A stretch of 64,000 bases of DNA from Blepharisma stoltei ATCC 30299 (Eukaryota > Protista > Ciliophora), in the NCBI GenBank assembly GCA_965603825.1, contig CBFDEM010000060.1, forward strand, positions 1 to 64,000, read 5' to 3'. The position numbers were made by a program, and so were the translations under genes. Below the pieces are notes generated by a model that ran no database searches, was not told the DNA's origin, and saw only the letters and a program-made list of their open reading frames with translations. This document shows, one piece after another, positions 48,511 to 61,091 of this stretch. The stretch's first letter is position 1. Each line of letters opens with the position of its first letter.

Positions 48511-48944
48511 GGGGAAATATATAAAGCTATTTATATCTTGTAATTAGACCTTTAAAATTGTGAGCTATTTCTTACTCCTCTCTCTGTGAGCAAAGTATGT
48601 TTTGAATTTTTTTTCAAATTTTAATGTAAAAGTATAACTTAGAATGCAAGCTGCAACATTTAAGGAGGTTTTTTTCGCTTTCTACCTCCAAAAAACTTTA
48701 TAAAAGATATTTCCAAGTATGTTTTTACATTGGAAAACATGAATCAGCTCATTTTTGATATTAATTAAAGCTTCTAAGAGAAACACGCTTAATTCTAAAA
48801 TGCCAATATACCAGCTGAATAAGCAAGTATTTATATAGTGCTTATGGTTATTAAAATTTGTTTTTTCTCGAAAATGATGTGAAAAAATCAAAATTAAGCA
48901 TAGATGTAATTTAGCCTTTTTATAAATATCATTATAATAAGCAT

Positions 48945-50558
48945 ATGGAGGACAAGAAAATTTTTGAGTCTACCTGCTCGCAGTCAGCATTTCCGAGCTA
49001 TTCCAATGAGTCCATACCAAAACTTATGCAGGCTTATCAAGACTATAAGAACATTTTGGATAAAAAATCAGCACTTTATCTAATAAATTTCGATACATTA
49101 TTTATTTATAGCACTGAGAATGATAGCGAGCAAACCATAATAATAAAAACTCCCGAACCTCAACGCTATAGCACCTGCAGCATATCTCAACTTCCAAACG
49201 GCAATTTATTCTGTTTTGGTAATTATCCAAATTCTTGAGAAGCATTGATAATTGACGAAAAAGGCGAGAGCCAACAACTGCCATCTGGACCACCTCTTAA
49301 ATTTTCATCATCTATACCTCGCATAAAGAATGGTAAATTGTTTATATGTTTGTTTATTAAAATTGATATTATAGCTGTTTGTCTATTGATCAAGTAAATC
49401 ATATAGTCAAATTATAGCTCTGCAAAAGCCTGCTGAATGGCAAATTATTATTTCAATTAAAAATATAATATTTTAAATTATTATGAAAGAGAACTCTTCA
49501 ATGATTCAATGGTTTATATAAAACGCTGCATTTTTTGTTAAAGCTTCTTCAAAGTATAAGCTCTTTTATTTCAGACACATAGTCATGCAGATAAATGCTT
49601 TAGTTTATAATAAGCTTGAAATTAATTAATTAAAGGGCTTTAAAGTATATAGGTTTGAAGCCTCAACTAGCACAAACTGTTTGTCTGAGGAAATTCAGCT
49701 TCAGCTTGGAATAGTAGTCTTCTATAAGGACAGAGCTTACTCAGCGACCTTAAGGATATCAACTGGTTAGAAAGACTCTTCCATCACTTTCCTATTGGCT
49801 GCTATGGAGACGCTGACCAGTACGATACCTCCTAACCGCCCTCCACAATATAATGAAAGCACCCAGGAAAATACGTCACACCTCTAGAGACCGGAGTAAC
49901 TCCCAAAAGCCATATTTGATTCAAGAGTAACCACCAGCTTCGACATAAGGTTAATTTACCATACGGCCACTCAGGCAAGCTATTTAGTCTGCACCTATTT
50001 TAATATAAGAAGATTGAAAGGAAATGTCAAGGGCTCTATATTTATTTCAACAATAACGTCTATTGTTTTGGAGGAGCAGATCCAGACAGTAATCCTTTAA
50101 CTCTATCTAGTAGATTTGATTTGGATACAAAACGATGAATCAAATTAACTCCAATGCCACAAGCTGATGCAAAGTGCAGCAGTATAATATTTGATGGAAA
50201 TATTTTGATTTCTGGGTATATCAATAGAAATCTTTTGTTATATTCAATTGATATTGACTCTTTCTCAATAATTTCTAGTGAGTTTGCAGAGTATAAAAGA
50301 AAGATCCTGGCAAATGCAGAGAGGAGATTGTATTTGATTGAGTCTAAGAATGGATCAATTTATGAGAGCAAAATTGGAAGCTTCATTGATTGGACATGAG
50401 TTGCAGACTCAACAATTGATTTTAATCCTCCTCAAGTATATTGTTTATACAATAAAGGAGCAATATATATCGGGTGCATTGACGAAGATGAAGTCTTATA
50501 CTTCAAGCTTAATCTAGATACAGAAAGGTCGATTGCTTTAGAGAGTATCTACTTTTAA
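48945..50558 (+). CDS. Kelch-like family-1 copy A, interrupted by a 726-bp TA-bounded insert; complete ~295-aa ORF if the insert is excised
   Basis: ATG 48945 to TAA 50556. Deleting 49313-50038 gives KFSSSIYFNNNVYCFGG with no TAA/TAG left in frame. Confidence 0.75.
49313..50040. mobile_element. TA-bounded IES-like insert (726 bp plus one TA) with nested inserts
   Basis: tcTAtacctcg...gggctctaTAtttatttc. Homologous to the 197-bp insert in copy B, plus extra segments of ~115 and ~398 bp. Confidence 0.75.
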
Positions 50559-50795
50559 TAAATTATTTAAGATTTATTTCTTATTTAATATTTAGTATAA
50601 ATAAAAATAAACTTCATTTTAATTTCAAAATAGTTTTTATCTATTGTTTTGCTAATAATTATGAAAATATTTTTAATGATAAGCATGAAGCTCGAATATC
50701 AAAGCTAAAATTTACAATTGAAGAATTTTTTTCTTGCCCCATTTAGAAAGTGATAATTTTGTGGCAAAATGGTTTAGGACCAAATTTATAGAACA

Positions 50796-51738
50796 ATGGT
50801 CCAACCACATCCTTCAATTTCAAAAATCAAACAATGAAATCCAGGAAAAGTACTTTTTAAATCAAGACACATTAAATCAAAAGACAAATTATTTATAAAA
50901 TATAAAAACTCATTAAGTGTAAAAACAGCTCCAAAAAGAACAGAATCGGCTCGATGAAACCTGCAATAATAATTAATCAGCAAATAGTAATTCATGTCTC
51001 CAAAATGACGGTAATCTTGTGTTCTCTTACGAGTTTAGCATTGTTAAGATAGATCTAAAAACCATGAAAACTACTCACAAAAATTTTCCTCAATATCCAG
51101 AATATGGCAAAAGTATATCTATATGTGTAATCACCAATAATAATTTTTTTTGTATTGATTTTGGGAATAGTTTGGCATTTGCACTTAATAAAAGGCTCAA
51201 AATTTTAGGAAGCAAATATATTGGGCCGAGATTATATGGAAGTATCATATATCTCGATAGGCTAATTTATTTATTCGAGAATACAAGTGGTTTCATAACT
51301 ATAGAAACTACGATGTAGATAGGAATAGAGAAAAAAAAAGGCGGATCTATTAAAAAGTATAATTCGATTTTAACAGCTTTTGAGGGAAAAATTATAATTG
51401 CTCCACATGGCAGCGGTAGTGTGAACGCTTTTGACCCTTTTTGTAATAGCGCATCAAAGATATTAAAGCCTCATCCAAATTACGGAGCAATTCTTTTGGC
51501 TGCCAATGATAAATTGTATTGCATTTAATCTGAATATATGCCTATAAGAGTTTTTCCAAGAGACTGCACACAATGGATGTGCATCAGCAAAACTCTTATT
51601 GCAAGAGGAATTTATGGGCTGCCTTTGTATTCATTGTATAATGATTCAGTTTATTTCGTAGTTGTTCCACATTGCATATCATTGTATGAGTTTAATTTGA
51701 AAACCCGGAGCATGACATTTATTGATCACTTACATTAA
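50796..51738 (+). pseudogene. Kelch-like family-2 copy with several frameshifts and stops
   Basis: Colinear with 59691-60644 but carries indels near 50910, 50980, 51310-51360 and 51540, and a TAA at ~51526. Confidence 0.85.
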
Positions 51739-52053
51739 GTTTAATATAGTTAATTAAAAAACTAAGGGTCATTAAATTAATGATATTATAAAAGGCTTTG
51801 GATACGTTGTGAATTTGGTGAAATTCAAGTTTTTGAAAGAATTAACTAAAATATGTAGTTATTATATGACTTCTAAATTTTTCGTTGCCAATAACATAAA
51901 ATTAATTCCGCTTAATTTTATATCTTTTATCAATTTTTTTAGTCAAAATTTTGTATTTGCATCAAATTATGGCTCTTTAAAAATTTAAGATAAATATGAC
52001 TGAGAGTTTTAGATTGCTGTAATTAGCTATTAAGCCATCATTATAATACATAT

Positions 52054-52917
52054 ATGGGTAATAAGCAATCAAAAAAGCCAGGCCGTAGGCGTGCAAAAAT
52101 GCTGACTCCAGAACTTATGCAGCCTTACTACAACATAACTGATACTTACTATCAAAATAAATCACTTTATTTAATTGATAATGAGGACAACAAGACTAAT
52201 TTATTGATTTATAACACTGAGAGTGATACCAAAGAAAAAAAAGTTATAAAAACTCGATATCCGCTAGACTGGGGCACATGCATAGCTCAGCTTCCAAATG
52301 GTAAATTATTTTGTTATGGTAGAAGAGATCCACTTTCTGGGATCACGCTCATTGTTGATGAAAATGGTGAAATCGAGAAACTGCCATATGGATGGCATTG
52401 CTCCTTTTCTTCAGCTATCTATTACAACAACAGCGTCTATTGCTTTGGAGGGTTTGATTATAATCAACTTTTCTTAAAATATTCCAATAGATTTGATTTG
52501 GTTCAAAAAAGATGAATCACATTAAATGATATTCCAAAAGCTGATGCATCTTGCACTGGCATAGCATTTAAAGGGAATATTTTGATTACTGGACATTGAA
52601 ATACATATCTTTTGTTGTATTCGATTGATATTAACTCTTTCTCTAAAATTCCTTTTGACTACCCAAAAATGGAAAATAAGATCCTGGTAAATGCAGGAAG
52701 GAGATTGTTTTTGATTGGAAGATTAGTGATTTATGAGAGCGATACTGAAAGATACACTCATTGGAGATGAATTACTAGAGCATCAGCTGGTTTTGATTTT
52801 CATCAAGTTAACTCTACATATTGTTCAGGAGCAATATATACAGGGTATATAACTACGAAAAAAAACTTCTACTTCAAGTTTAACCTGGACGAAAAAAGGA
52901 TAACTGAACTCCTTTAA
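52054..52917 (+). CDS. Kelch-like family-1 protein, intact (~287 aa), MGNKQS myristoylation-like start
   Basis: Open through three UGAs to TAA 52915. Carries the empty site SSAIYYNN with a single TA. Confidence 0.85.
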
Positions 52918-53247
52918 CTTAGATAAATATAAATTATTAAGAGAAATAAATTAAGAGATATTATTTCATATCCTAACTAATTGAATTTATTACTTCCAAA
53001 CTGTGCTTCATAAGCACCAACAGCTCATAAGCCTACTTTGATGAGATTTAAGTAATGGGGAGAATATTTAGCATTTGAATATTATGCATAGCTTAATGCT
53101 AAAATGCTAATATATAAGTATTTATATAGTGTCTAATTAAGCACTTATGGGCTATTAAAATTTGCTCTTTCTAAAAATGACGTAGAGAAATCAAAAATAA
53201 GCATAGATGTAATTTAGCCTTTTATAAATAATCGCTATAATAAACTT

Positions 53248-54335
53248 ATGGAGGACAAACAAATTTTTGAGCCAGCCTGCTCGCAGCCAGCATTTCAGAG
53301 CTATCCCAATGAGTCCATACCAAAACTTATGCAGGCTTATCAAGACTATTAGAACATTTTTGAGAAAAAATCAGCACTTTATCTAATAAGTGACGATAAG
53401 TTATTTATTTATAGCACTGAGAATGATAGCGAGCAAACCATAATAATAAAAACTCCCGAACCTCAACGCTATAGCACCTGCAGCATATCTCAACTTCCAA
53501 ACGGCAATTTATTCTGTTTTGGTAATTATCCAAATTCTTGAGAAGTATTGATAATTGACGAAAATGGTGAAGTCCAACAGCTGCCATCTGGATCACCTCT
53601 TAAATTTTCATCAGCTATGCATTTTCTAAAGCATGGTTAAATTGTTTGAATGCTTGCTTTAAGAATTGATATTTACCAAATAAATCATATAAGATGCTGC
53701 ATTTTTTGTTAAAACTTCTTCAAAGTATAAGGTCTCTTATTGCAGACACATTAGTCATGCAGATAAATGCTTTAGTTTGTAAGAAGCTAGAAAGGAAATG
53801 TCAAGGGCTCTATATTTATTTCAACAATAACGTCTATTGTTTTGGAGGAGCAGATCCAGACAGTAATCCTTTAACTCTATCTAGTAGATTTGATTTGGAT
53901 ACAAAACGATGAATCAAATTAACTCCAATGCCACAGGCTGATTCACGGTGCAGCAGTGTAATATTTGATGATATATTTTGATTTCTGGGTATATCAATAG
54001 AAATCTTTTGTTATATTCAATTGATATTGACTCTTTCTCAATAATTTCTAGTGCATTTACAAAGTATAAAAGAAAGATCCTGGTAAATGCAGAGAGGAGA
54101 TTGTATTTGATTGAGTCTAAGAATGGATCAATTTATGAGAGCAAAATTGGAAGCCTCATTGATTGGACACAAATTGCAAACTCAATAATTGATTTTAATC
54201 CTTCTCAAGTATATTGTTTATACAATAAAGGAGCAATATATATCGGGTGCATTGACGAAGATGATGCCTTATATATACTTCAAGCTTAATCTAGATACAA
54301 AAAAGTCTATTGCTTTAGAGAGTATCTATTTTTAA
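53248..54335 (+). pseudogene. Kelch-like family-1 copy B (recent duplicate of A) with a 197-bp TA-bounded insert
   Basis: Highly similar to copy A. In-frame TAG at 53350, frameshifts near 53970 and 54272. Confidence 0.85.
53616..53814. mobile_element. TA-bounded IES-like insert (197 bp plus one TA)
   Basis: gcTAtgcatttt...gggctctaTAtttatttc. Removal gives TCA GCT ATT TAT TTC AAC (SAIYFN). Confidence 0.8.
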
Positions 54336-54647
54336 TAAATTATTAAGATTTATTTCTTATTTAATATTCAGGATTAAATCGCTTGAGGTAAATGAGAGTA
54401 TGAAGGATGATTACGCCAACAAATATTAAATATTCGAAAAACTGGCTTTGGGGACTTTTTTGTCAGGAACTTACTAAATTAGTTTGCAAAGCATCTATTA
54501 GCATTTACAGCGTCGATATACAAAATAGATAAATTAAATTATTTGGATTAAATAGCATCAGTTTGGTGTCGGCAAAGAAACTTACAGCCAAAAATTGGTA
54601 ATTTATATTATAATTACGCTTTATAAATCAATTATTATAATAAATAT

Positions 54648-55523
54648 ATGGAGAACAACCAACACCCCTTGCTTTTAACATATCAGAATGACCCAAACAA
54701 TCATTCTTCAAAGCTTCCACAAGATTATCAAAACTCTGCTGATACTTATAATCAAAATAAGTCGCTTTATTTAATAAATATAGTGAAGAGCAAAACTAAT
54801 TTATTGATTTATAAAACTGAGAATGGTAGAAAAGAAAGGAAAATTTTGAACACTCCAGAACTACTAGACTATGGAACATGCATAACTCTGCTTCCTAATG
54901 GAAAATTATTTTGCTATGGTAATATTCCCTCATCAAATTCTGGGATCACACTAACCATTGATAAAAATTTCGAAATCCATCAACTGCCATCTGGACCACC
55001 TTGTGGGTTGTCTTCAGGTATCTATTTCAGTAACAGTATCTATTGCTTTGGAGGATTTAATCAAAGCGATCCGAATTTTATTATATCTTGAAGATTTGAT
55101 TTGAATGAAAATCGATGAATCAAATTAATGCCAATGCCAAAAGCGGATAACCTTTGCGCTGGCGTCGTATTTAATAGGAATATTTTGATTTCTGGATTTC
55201 ATGAAAAAAATCTTTTGCTGTATTCAATTGATATTGACTCTTTTTCTAGAATTCCTTATAAGTTTTCAGAGTTCGATTTAAAAATCTTGATAAAAGATGA
55301 AAGAAGATTGTATTTGATTGGAAGAAAATTAATTTATGAGAGTGACATTGAAAGCTACACTGCTTGGAGTCAAATTGGCTATTCAAGAGTCATTAATGAT
55401 CCTAGTCAATTTTATTTAGCATACAATTTAGGAACAATATATATAGGGTGCAATTATTCACTTCAGAGCAGATACTTCAAATTTAGCCTGAAAGAGAAAA
55501 AAATAACCGAGCTCTTTAAATAA
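54648..55523 (+). CDS. Kelch-like family-1 protein, intact (~291 aa)
   Basis: Two supplied ORFs in one frame, joined by UGAs at 55089 and 55116. Empty site SSGIYFSN. Confidence 0.85.
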
Positions 55524-56082
55524 ATTCACTTTTTAATAAAATTGTTTGGGAGTCCTAAAATAATCCAATCATTTATATCTATTTATTGCTTTAGAGGGTT
55601 TTCTCCAAATTAAAATTTTTAGCTCTATCTCTTAGATTTGATTAAAATGATAATTGATGAATAAAATAACTCCAATGCCACAAGCGGATTCCCGTAGCAA
55701 TAGTGTAATATTTAATTGAAATATTTGGTTTTAGTTATTATAAAATAAACTTTTTGTTATATTTAACTGATATTGACTCTTTCTCAGCAATCCCTTATAA
55801 AATGGGATTTAAGTACTGGAAAGATAATAATTAGCAATTTTATGTAGGCTAGCTTAATGATTATGCTGCCTTTGTGTAATTGAGAAGGCTCCCTTATTAC
55901 CCTGTCACATTTAGTTGATGCTGCATAATATATTAAGTCTATCACATAGATAAATGTTTTTTCCTTAGATTTAATCTCAGAAACCCAAAAAGCAAAGCGT
56001 TTAATCAACATAAAGTGCTTTATTTTATATATTTTAGGAGTTTTGCTTTAATAAATAAAGGTCATTAATAATATATAAAACA

Positions 56083-57040
56083 ATGGGCCGATCAAACCCT
56101 TCAATTTCAAAATTCGAACAATGAATCCAGGAAAGGTACTTTTTAAATCAAGGCACATTAAATCAAAAGACAAATTCTTTATAAATATAAGAAACCAATT
56201 AAACGTCAAAACAGCTCCAAAAAGAACAGAACCGACTCGATGAAGCCTGCAATAATAATTAAATCAGCAAATAGTAATCCATGTCTCCAAAATGACGGTA
56301 ATCTTGTATTCTCTTACTACTTTGACATTGCTAAGATAAATCTAAAAACTATGTTCACAACTCCCAAAAATTTCCCTCAACGTCCAGAATTCGACAAAAG
56401 TATATCTATATGTGCAATTCCCAATAATAATTTTTTTTGCATTGATTTTGGGAATAGCTTGGCATTTATTATTGATAAAAGCCTCGAAATCTCAGAAACC
56501 AAACATATCAAGCCAAAAAATTACGGTAGTATGATATATCTTGATGGGCTAATTTATTTATTTGCGATCAAGCCTGGTCTAAGGACAATAGAAACATATG
56601 ATTTAAATAGAAATAGATGAAAACAAGCTGCATCTATTAAAATACGTGATCCATATTATGATTCGATTTTAGCATCTTTCGAAGGAAAAATTATAATTGC
56701 TCCAAATGGCAGCGGTAGTGTGAAGGCTTTTGACCCTTTTTGTAACAGTGCATCAAAGATATTAAAGCTTAAACCAAATTACGGAGCAATTCTTTTGGCT
56801 GCGAATGATAAATTGTATTGCATTCAATCTGAAGGGTATGCTTATGAGAGTTTGCCAAGAGACTGCACACAATGGATGTGCATCAGCAAAACTCTTATTT
56901 CAAGAGGAATTTATGGGCTGCTTATGTATTCATTGTATAATGATTCAATTTATTTCGTAGTTGTTTCACATTACATATCATTGTATGAGTTTAATTTGAA
57001 AACCGGAGCATGAAATTTATTGATCACTTATATAAAGATA
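56083..57040 (+). pseudogene. Kelch-like family-2 copy with three single-base homopolymer deletions
   Basis: MGRSNPSISK start. 1-nt losses near 56124, 56184 and 57003 relative to 59691-60644. These may be sequencing errors. Confidence 0.7.
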
Positions 57041-57868
57041 AATATAGTTGATAAAAATTAAGGGTCATTAAATTAGTATAATTTTAGAGAGGAGATCTTT
57101 CTAATTCGACTATATTTTGTTCATACAGATTGAACTTGAAGAAGTCTAGCATGCTTGACTTAATGCTTCCTATATAGGGTGCAATTATTAACTTGAGAGC
57201 AGATACTTCAAATTTAGTCTGGAAGAGAAAAAAAATAACCGAGCTCTTTTAAATAAATTCACTTTTTAATAAAATTGTTTGGGAGTCCTAAAATAATCCA
57301 ATCATTTATAAAAGCTACAAGAAGCTTGAAGGAAGCATCGGTAGCACTGTATTTATTTCAACAGATGCCTATTGTTTTAGAGGGTTTTCTCCAAATAATA
57401 ATTTCTTAGCTCTATCTCTTAGATTTGATTAGGATGGAAATCATGAATAAAATTAACCCCAATGCCACAAGCGGATTTCCGTAAGAATTATTTAATATTT
57501 AATTGAAATACTTGATTTCTAATTATTATAAAAGAAACCTTTTATTATGTTCAATTGGTATTGACTCTTTCTCAACAATCCCTTATAAAATGGGATTTAA
57601 GCATTGGAGAGATAATGATTAGCAATTTTATGTAGGCTAGCTTAATGATTATGCTGCCTTTGTGCAATTAAGAAGGCTTTCCTTATTACCCTGTCACATT
57701 TAGTTGATACTGCATAATATATTAAGTCTATCACATAGATAAATGTCTTTTCCTTAGATTTAATGTCAGATACTCAAATAGAAAACATTTAATCATCATA
57801 TAGTGTATTATTTATATATTTTAGGAATATTGTTTAATAAATAAAGGTCATTAATAATATATAAAACA

Positions 57869-58824
57869 ATGGGCCGATCAAACCCTTCAATTTTAAAGAT
57901 CGAACAATGAAATCCAGGAAAGGTGCTTTTTAAATCAAGGCACATTAAATCAAAAGACAAATTCTTTATAAAATATAAGAAACCCATTAAACGTCAAAAC
58001 AGCTCCAAAAAGAACAGAATCGACTCGGTGAAGCCTGCAATAATAATTAAATCAGCAAATAGTAATCCATGTCTCCAAAATAACGGTAATCTTGTATTCT
58101 CTTACTGGTTTAGCATTGTTAAGATAGATCTAAAAACCATGAAAACTACTCACAAAAATTTCCCTCAACGTCCAGAATTCGACAAAAGTATATCTATATG
58201 TGCAATTCCCAATAATAATTTTTTTGCATTGATTTCGGGAATAGCTTGGCATTTATTATTGATAAAAGCCTCGAAATCTCAGAAATCAAACGTATCAAGC
58301 CAAGAAAATACGGTAGTATGATATATCTTGATGGGCTAATTTATTTATTCGCGATGAAACCTGGTCTAAGAACAATAGAAATATATGATTTAAATAGAAA
58401 TAGATGAAAACAAGCTGCATCTATTAAAATACGTGATCCATATTATGATTCGATTTTAGCAGCTTTCGAAGGAAAAATTATAATTGCTCCACATGGCAGC
58501 AGTAGTGTGAAGGCTTTTGACCCTTTTTGTAACAGTGCATCAAAGATATTAAAGCTTAAACCAAATTACGGAACATTTCTTTTGGCTGCGAATGATAAAT
58601 TGTATTGCATTCAACCTGAAGGGTATGCTTATGAGAGTTTGCCAAGAGACTGCACACAATGGATGTGCATCAGCAAAACTATTATTGCAAAGGGAATTTA
58701 TGGGCTTCCTATGTATTCATTGTATAATGATTCAATTTATTTTGTAGGTGTTCCACATTGCATATCATTGTATGAGTTTAATTTGAAAACCCGGAGCATG
58801 ACATTTATTGATCACTTATATTAA
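57869..58824 (+). pseudogene. Kelch-like family-2 copy with one frameshift in a poly-T run
   Basis: T7 instead of T8 near 58220, otherwise intact. May be a sequencing error. Confidence 0.65.
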
Positions 58825-59690
58825 GTTAATAGCAAAATAAGGGTCATTAAATTAGTAATATTATAAAAACTCTGGATAGATTGTAAATTTTGTGAAATAA
58901 TTGAGCCTTATAACTTTCAAACTGTGCTGCATAAGCGCTAAACAGTTGATAAGCTATCTCTTATGAAATTTAAGCACGGGAGAGAATATTTAACAATTTG
59001 TATATCAGGCATAACCAATGCTTATTCTACCTTTGTGATGTTGAGAATAGAGAACTTGCAAATATGATCAAAAACCTTAAAATTCAAAAGCAAATCTTTT
59101 TGCAAAAATGGAAATGTGCAAAAATTAAATGCAAATTCGCAAAAATTTTTTTAATGGTATGTGTTTAATCTGCTCTCAATCTAAGCATTGCCCTTAATTT
59201 TTCCGCCAAGCGCTTGATTTTCTTTTTCTCGCTTTCAATGCATAATCCACACCTATGCCCTTGAAAAGAGTGATTCTTGCCTTTTCTCAAATGTGCCCCA
59301 CAGAGATTTCCATTCAGTAAGAGTTTTAGGCGTCTAAATGTCTATCTTCAAGTTTCAGTTCAAATTTATTATTTATCTTTATATTATCTTCAAATTTAGC
59401 TTAAAATTCATATTTATTTTCAGATTAATCTTCATATGCATTTTCATGTCCTTCTTATATATGCCTCTATACACATCTTCATATGAATCTATATATGCAT
59501 CCTCGTATTCGTAGTTATCTGCATGCCTATAATAGTAGCCAGGTTTGAGATTGTAGCACATCATGGTCCCCACTGTACCGGTGCGTAATCTGAAGCTTTA
59601 GCAAGCGTTCAATCATCATAAAGTTCATTAATTTTTATATTTTAGAAATATTGCTTTAATAACTAAAGGTCATTAATAGTATATAAAACA

Positions 59691-60644
59691 ATGGGCCGAC
59701 CACGTCCTTCAATTTCAAAAATCAAACAATGAAATCCAGGAAAGGTGCTTTTTAAATCAAGGCACATTAAATCAAAAGACAAATTCTTTATAAAATATAA
59801 GAAACCCATTAAACGTCAAAACAGTTCAAAAAAAAACAGAATCGACTCGGTGAAGCCTGCAATAATAATTAAATCAGCAAATAGTAATCCATGTCTCCAA
59901 AATAACGGTAATCTTGTATTCTCTTACTGGTTTAGCATTGTTAAGATAGATCTAAAAACCATGGAAACTACTCACAAAAATTTCCCTCAACATCCAGAGC
60001 TCAACAAAAGTATATCTATATGTGCAATTCCCAATAATAATTTTTTTTGCATTGATTTCGGGAATAGCTCGACATTTATCATTGACAAAAGCCTCGAAAT
60101 TTCAGAAGCCAAACGTATCGAGCCAAGAAAATACGGTAGTATGATATATCTTGATGGGCTAATTTATTTATTCGCGATCAAGCCTGGTCTAAGGACAATA
60201 GAAACATATGATTTAAATAGAAATAGATGAAAACAAGCTGCATCTATTAAAATACGTGATCCATATTATGATTCGATTTTAGCAGCTTTCGAAGGAAAAA
60301 TTATAATTGCTCCACATGGCAGCAGTAGTGTGAAGGCTTTTGACCCTTTTTGTAACAGCGCATCAAAGATATTAAAGCTCAAACCAAATTACGGAACATT
60401 TCTTTTGGCTGCGAATGATAAATTGTATTGCATTCAATCTGAAGGGTATGCTTATGAGAGTTTGCCAAGAGACTGCACACAATGGATGTGCATCAGCAAA
60501 ACTCTTATTGCAAGAATTTATGGGCTGCCTATGTATTCATTGTATAATGATTCAATTTATTTTGTAGGTGTTCCACATTGCATATCATTGTATGAGTTTA
60601 ATTTGAAAACCCGGAGCATGACATTTATTGATCACTTATATTAA
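59691..60644 (+). CDS. Kelch-like family-2 protein, intact (~317 aa)
   Basis: ATG 59691 open through UGAs at 59730 and 60228 to TAA 60642. YLDGLIYLF...ETYDLNRNRW is a degenerate Kelch blade. Confidence 0.85.
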
Positions 60645-61091
60645 GTTAATAGCAAAATAAGGGTCATTAAATTAGTAATATTATAAAAACTCTGGATAGA
60701 TTGTGAATTTTGTGAAATTCAAATTTTTGAAAGAATTAACTAAAATGTGTAATTATTATATGACTTCTAATAAGTGGCTTTTTGTATATGAAAGACTTAA
60801 TAGATGACGCAGCTTCACCTAAATGTAGCAAGGTTCAAAGGGTAAGATTTCTCAACTATACAGTGGTAGCATAAGTATTAAACTAGTCTGGTATGAAAAT
60901 TGCTGATTATGATCCCCTAAACGTTTAAATTCCATTTAATAATCATTGGTTTATTACTGTTTGAGATTTATGCTGAACAGCGTGAAACTAAATAAATTTT
61001 AATTAATCAATCACTTCTTAAAAGAATTTGCAATCTTATAACATTAATGAGCAGCATAATATCAATAATCTATTAGATGCCTTAAATTTCT

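Larger units (their letters stand above)
55430..58865 (+). repeat. Tandem segmental duplication (~1.7-1.8 kb unit: family-1 relic + spacer + family-2 gene)
   Basis: 55440-57075 and 57172-58860 align, including the non-coding spacer (e.g. TAGCAATTTTATGTAGGCTAGCTTAATGATTATGCTGCC at ~55832 and ~57620). Confidence 0.88.

Noticed and set aside
3065-53352. In-frame TAG codons (3065, 53350) as evidence for UAG reassignment
   Set aside because: They occur only in copies with other lesions or inside 15-nt introns, and TAG terminates several intact genes.
55796-56029. Possible 232-bp element with TATAAAAT/ATTTTATA inverted ends starting where the Kelch relic breaks off
   Set aside because: Kelch coding sequence does not resume after the right end, and the copy near 59605-59640 shares sequence across that supposed boundary.
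56083-58824. Programmed frameshifting in family-2 copies
   Set aside because: The lesions are single-base losses in homopolymers at different places in each copy, better explained by sequencing error or decay.
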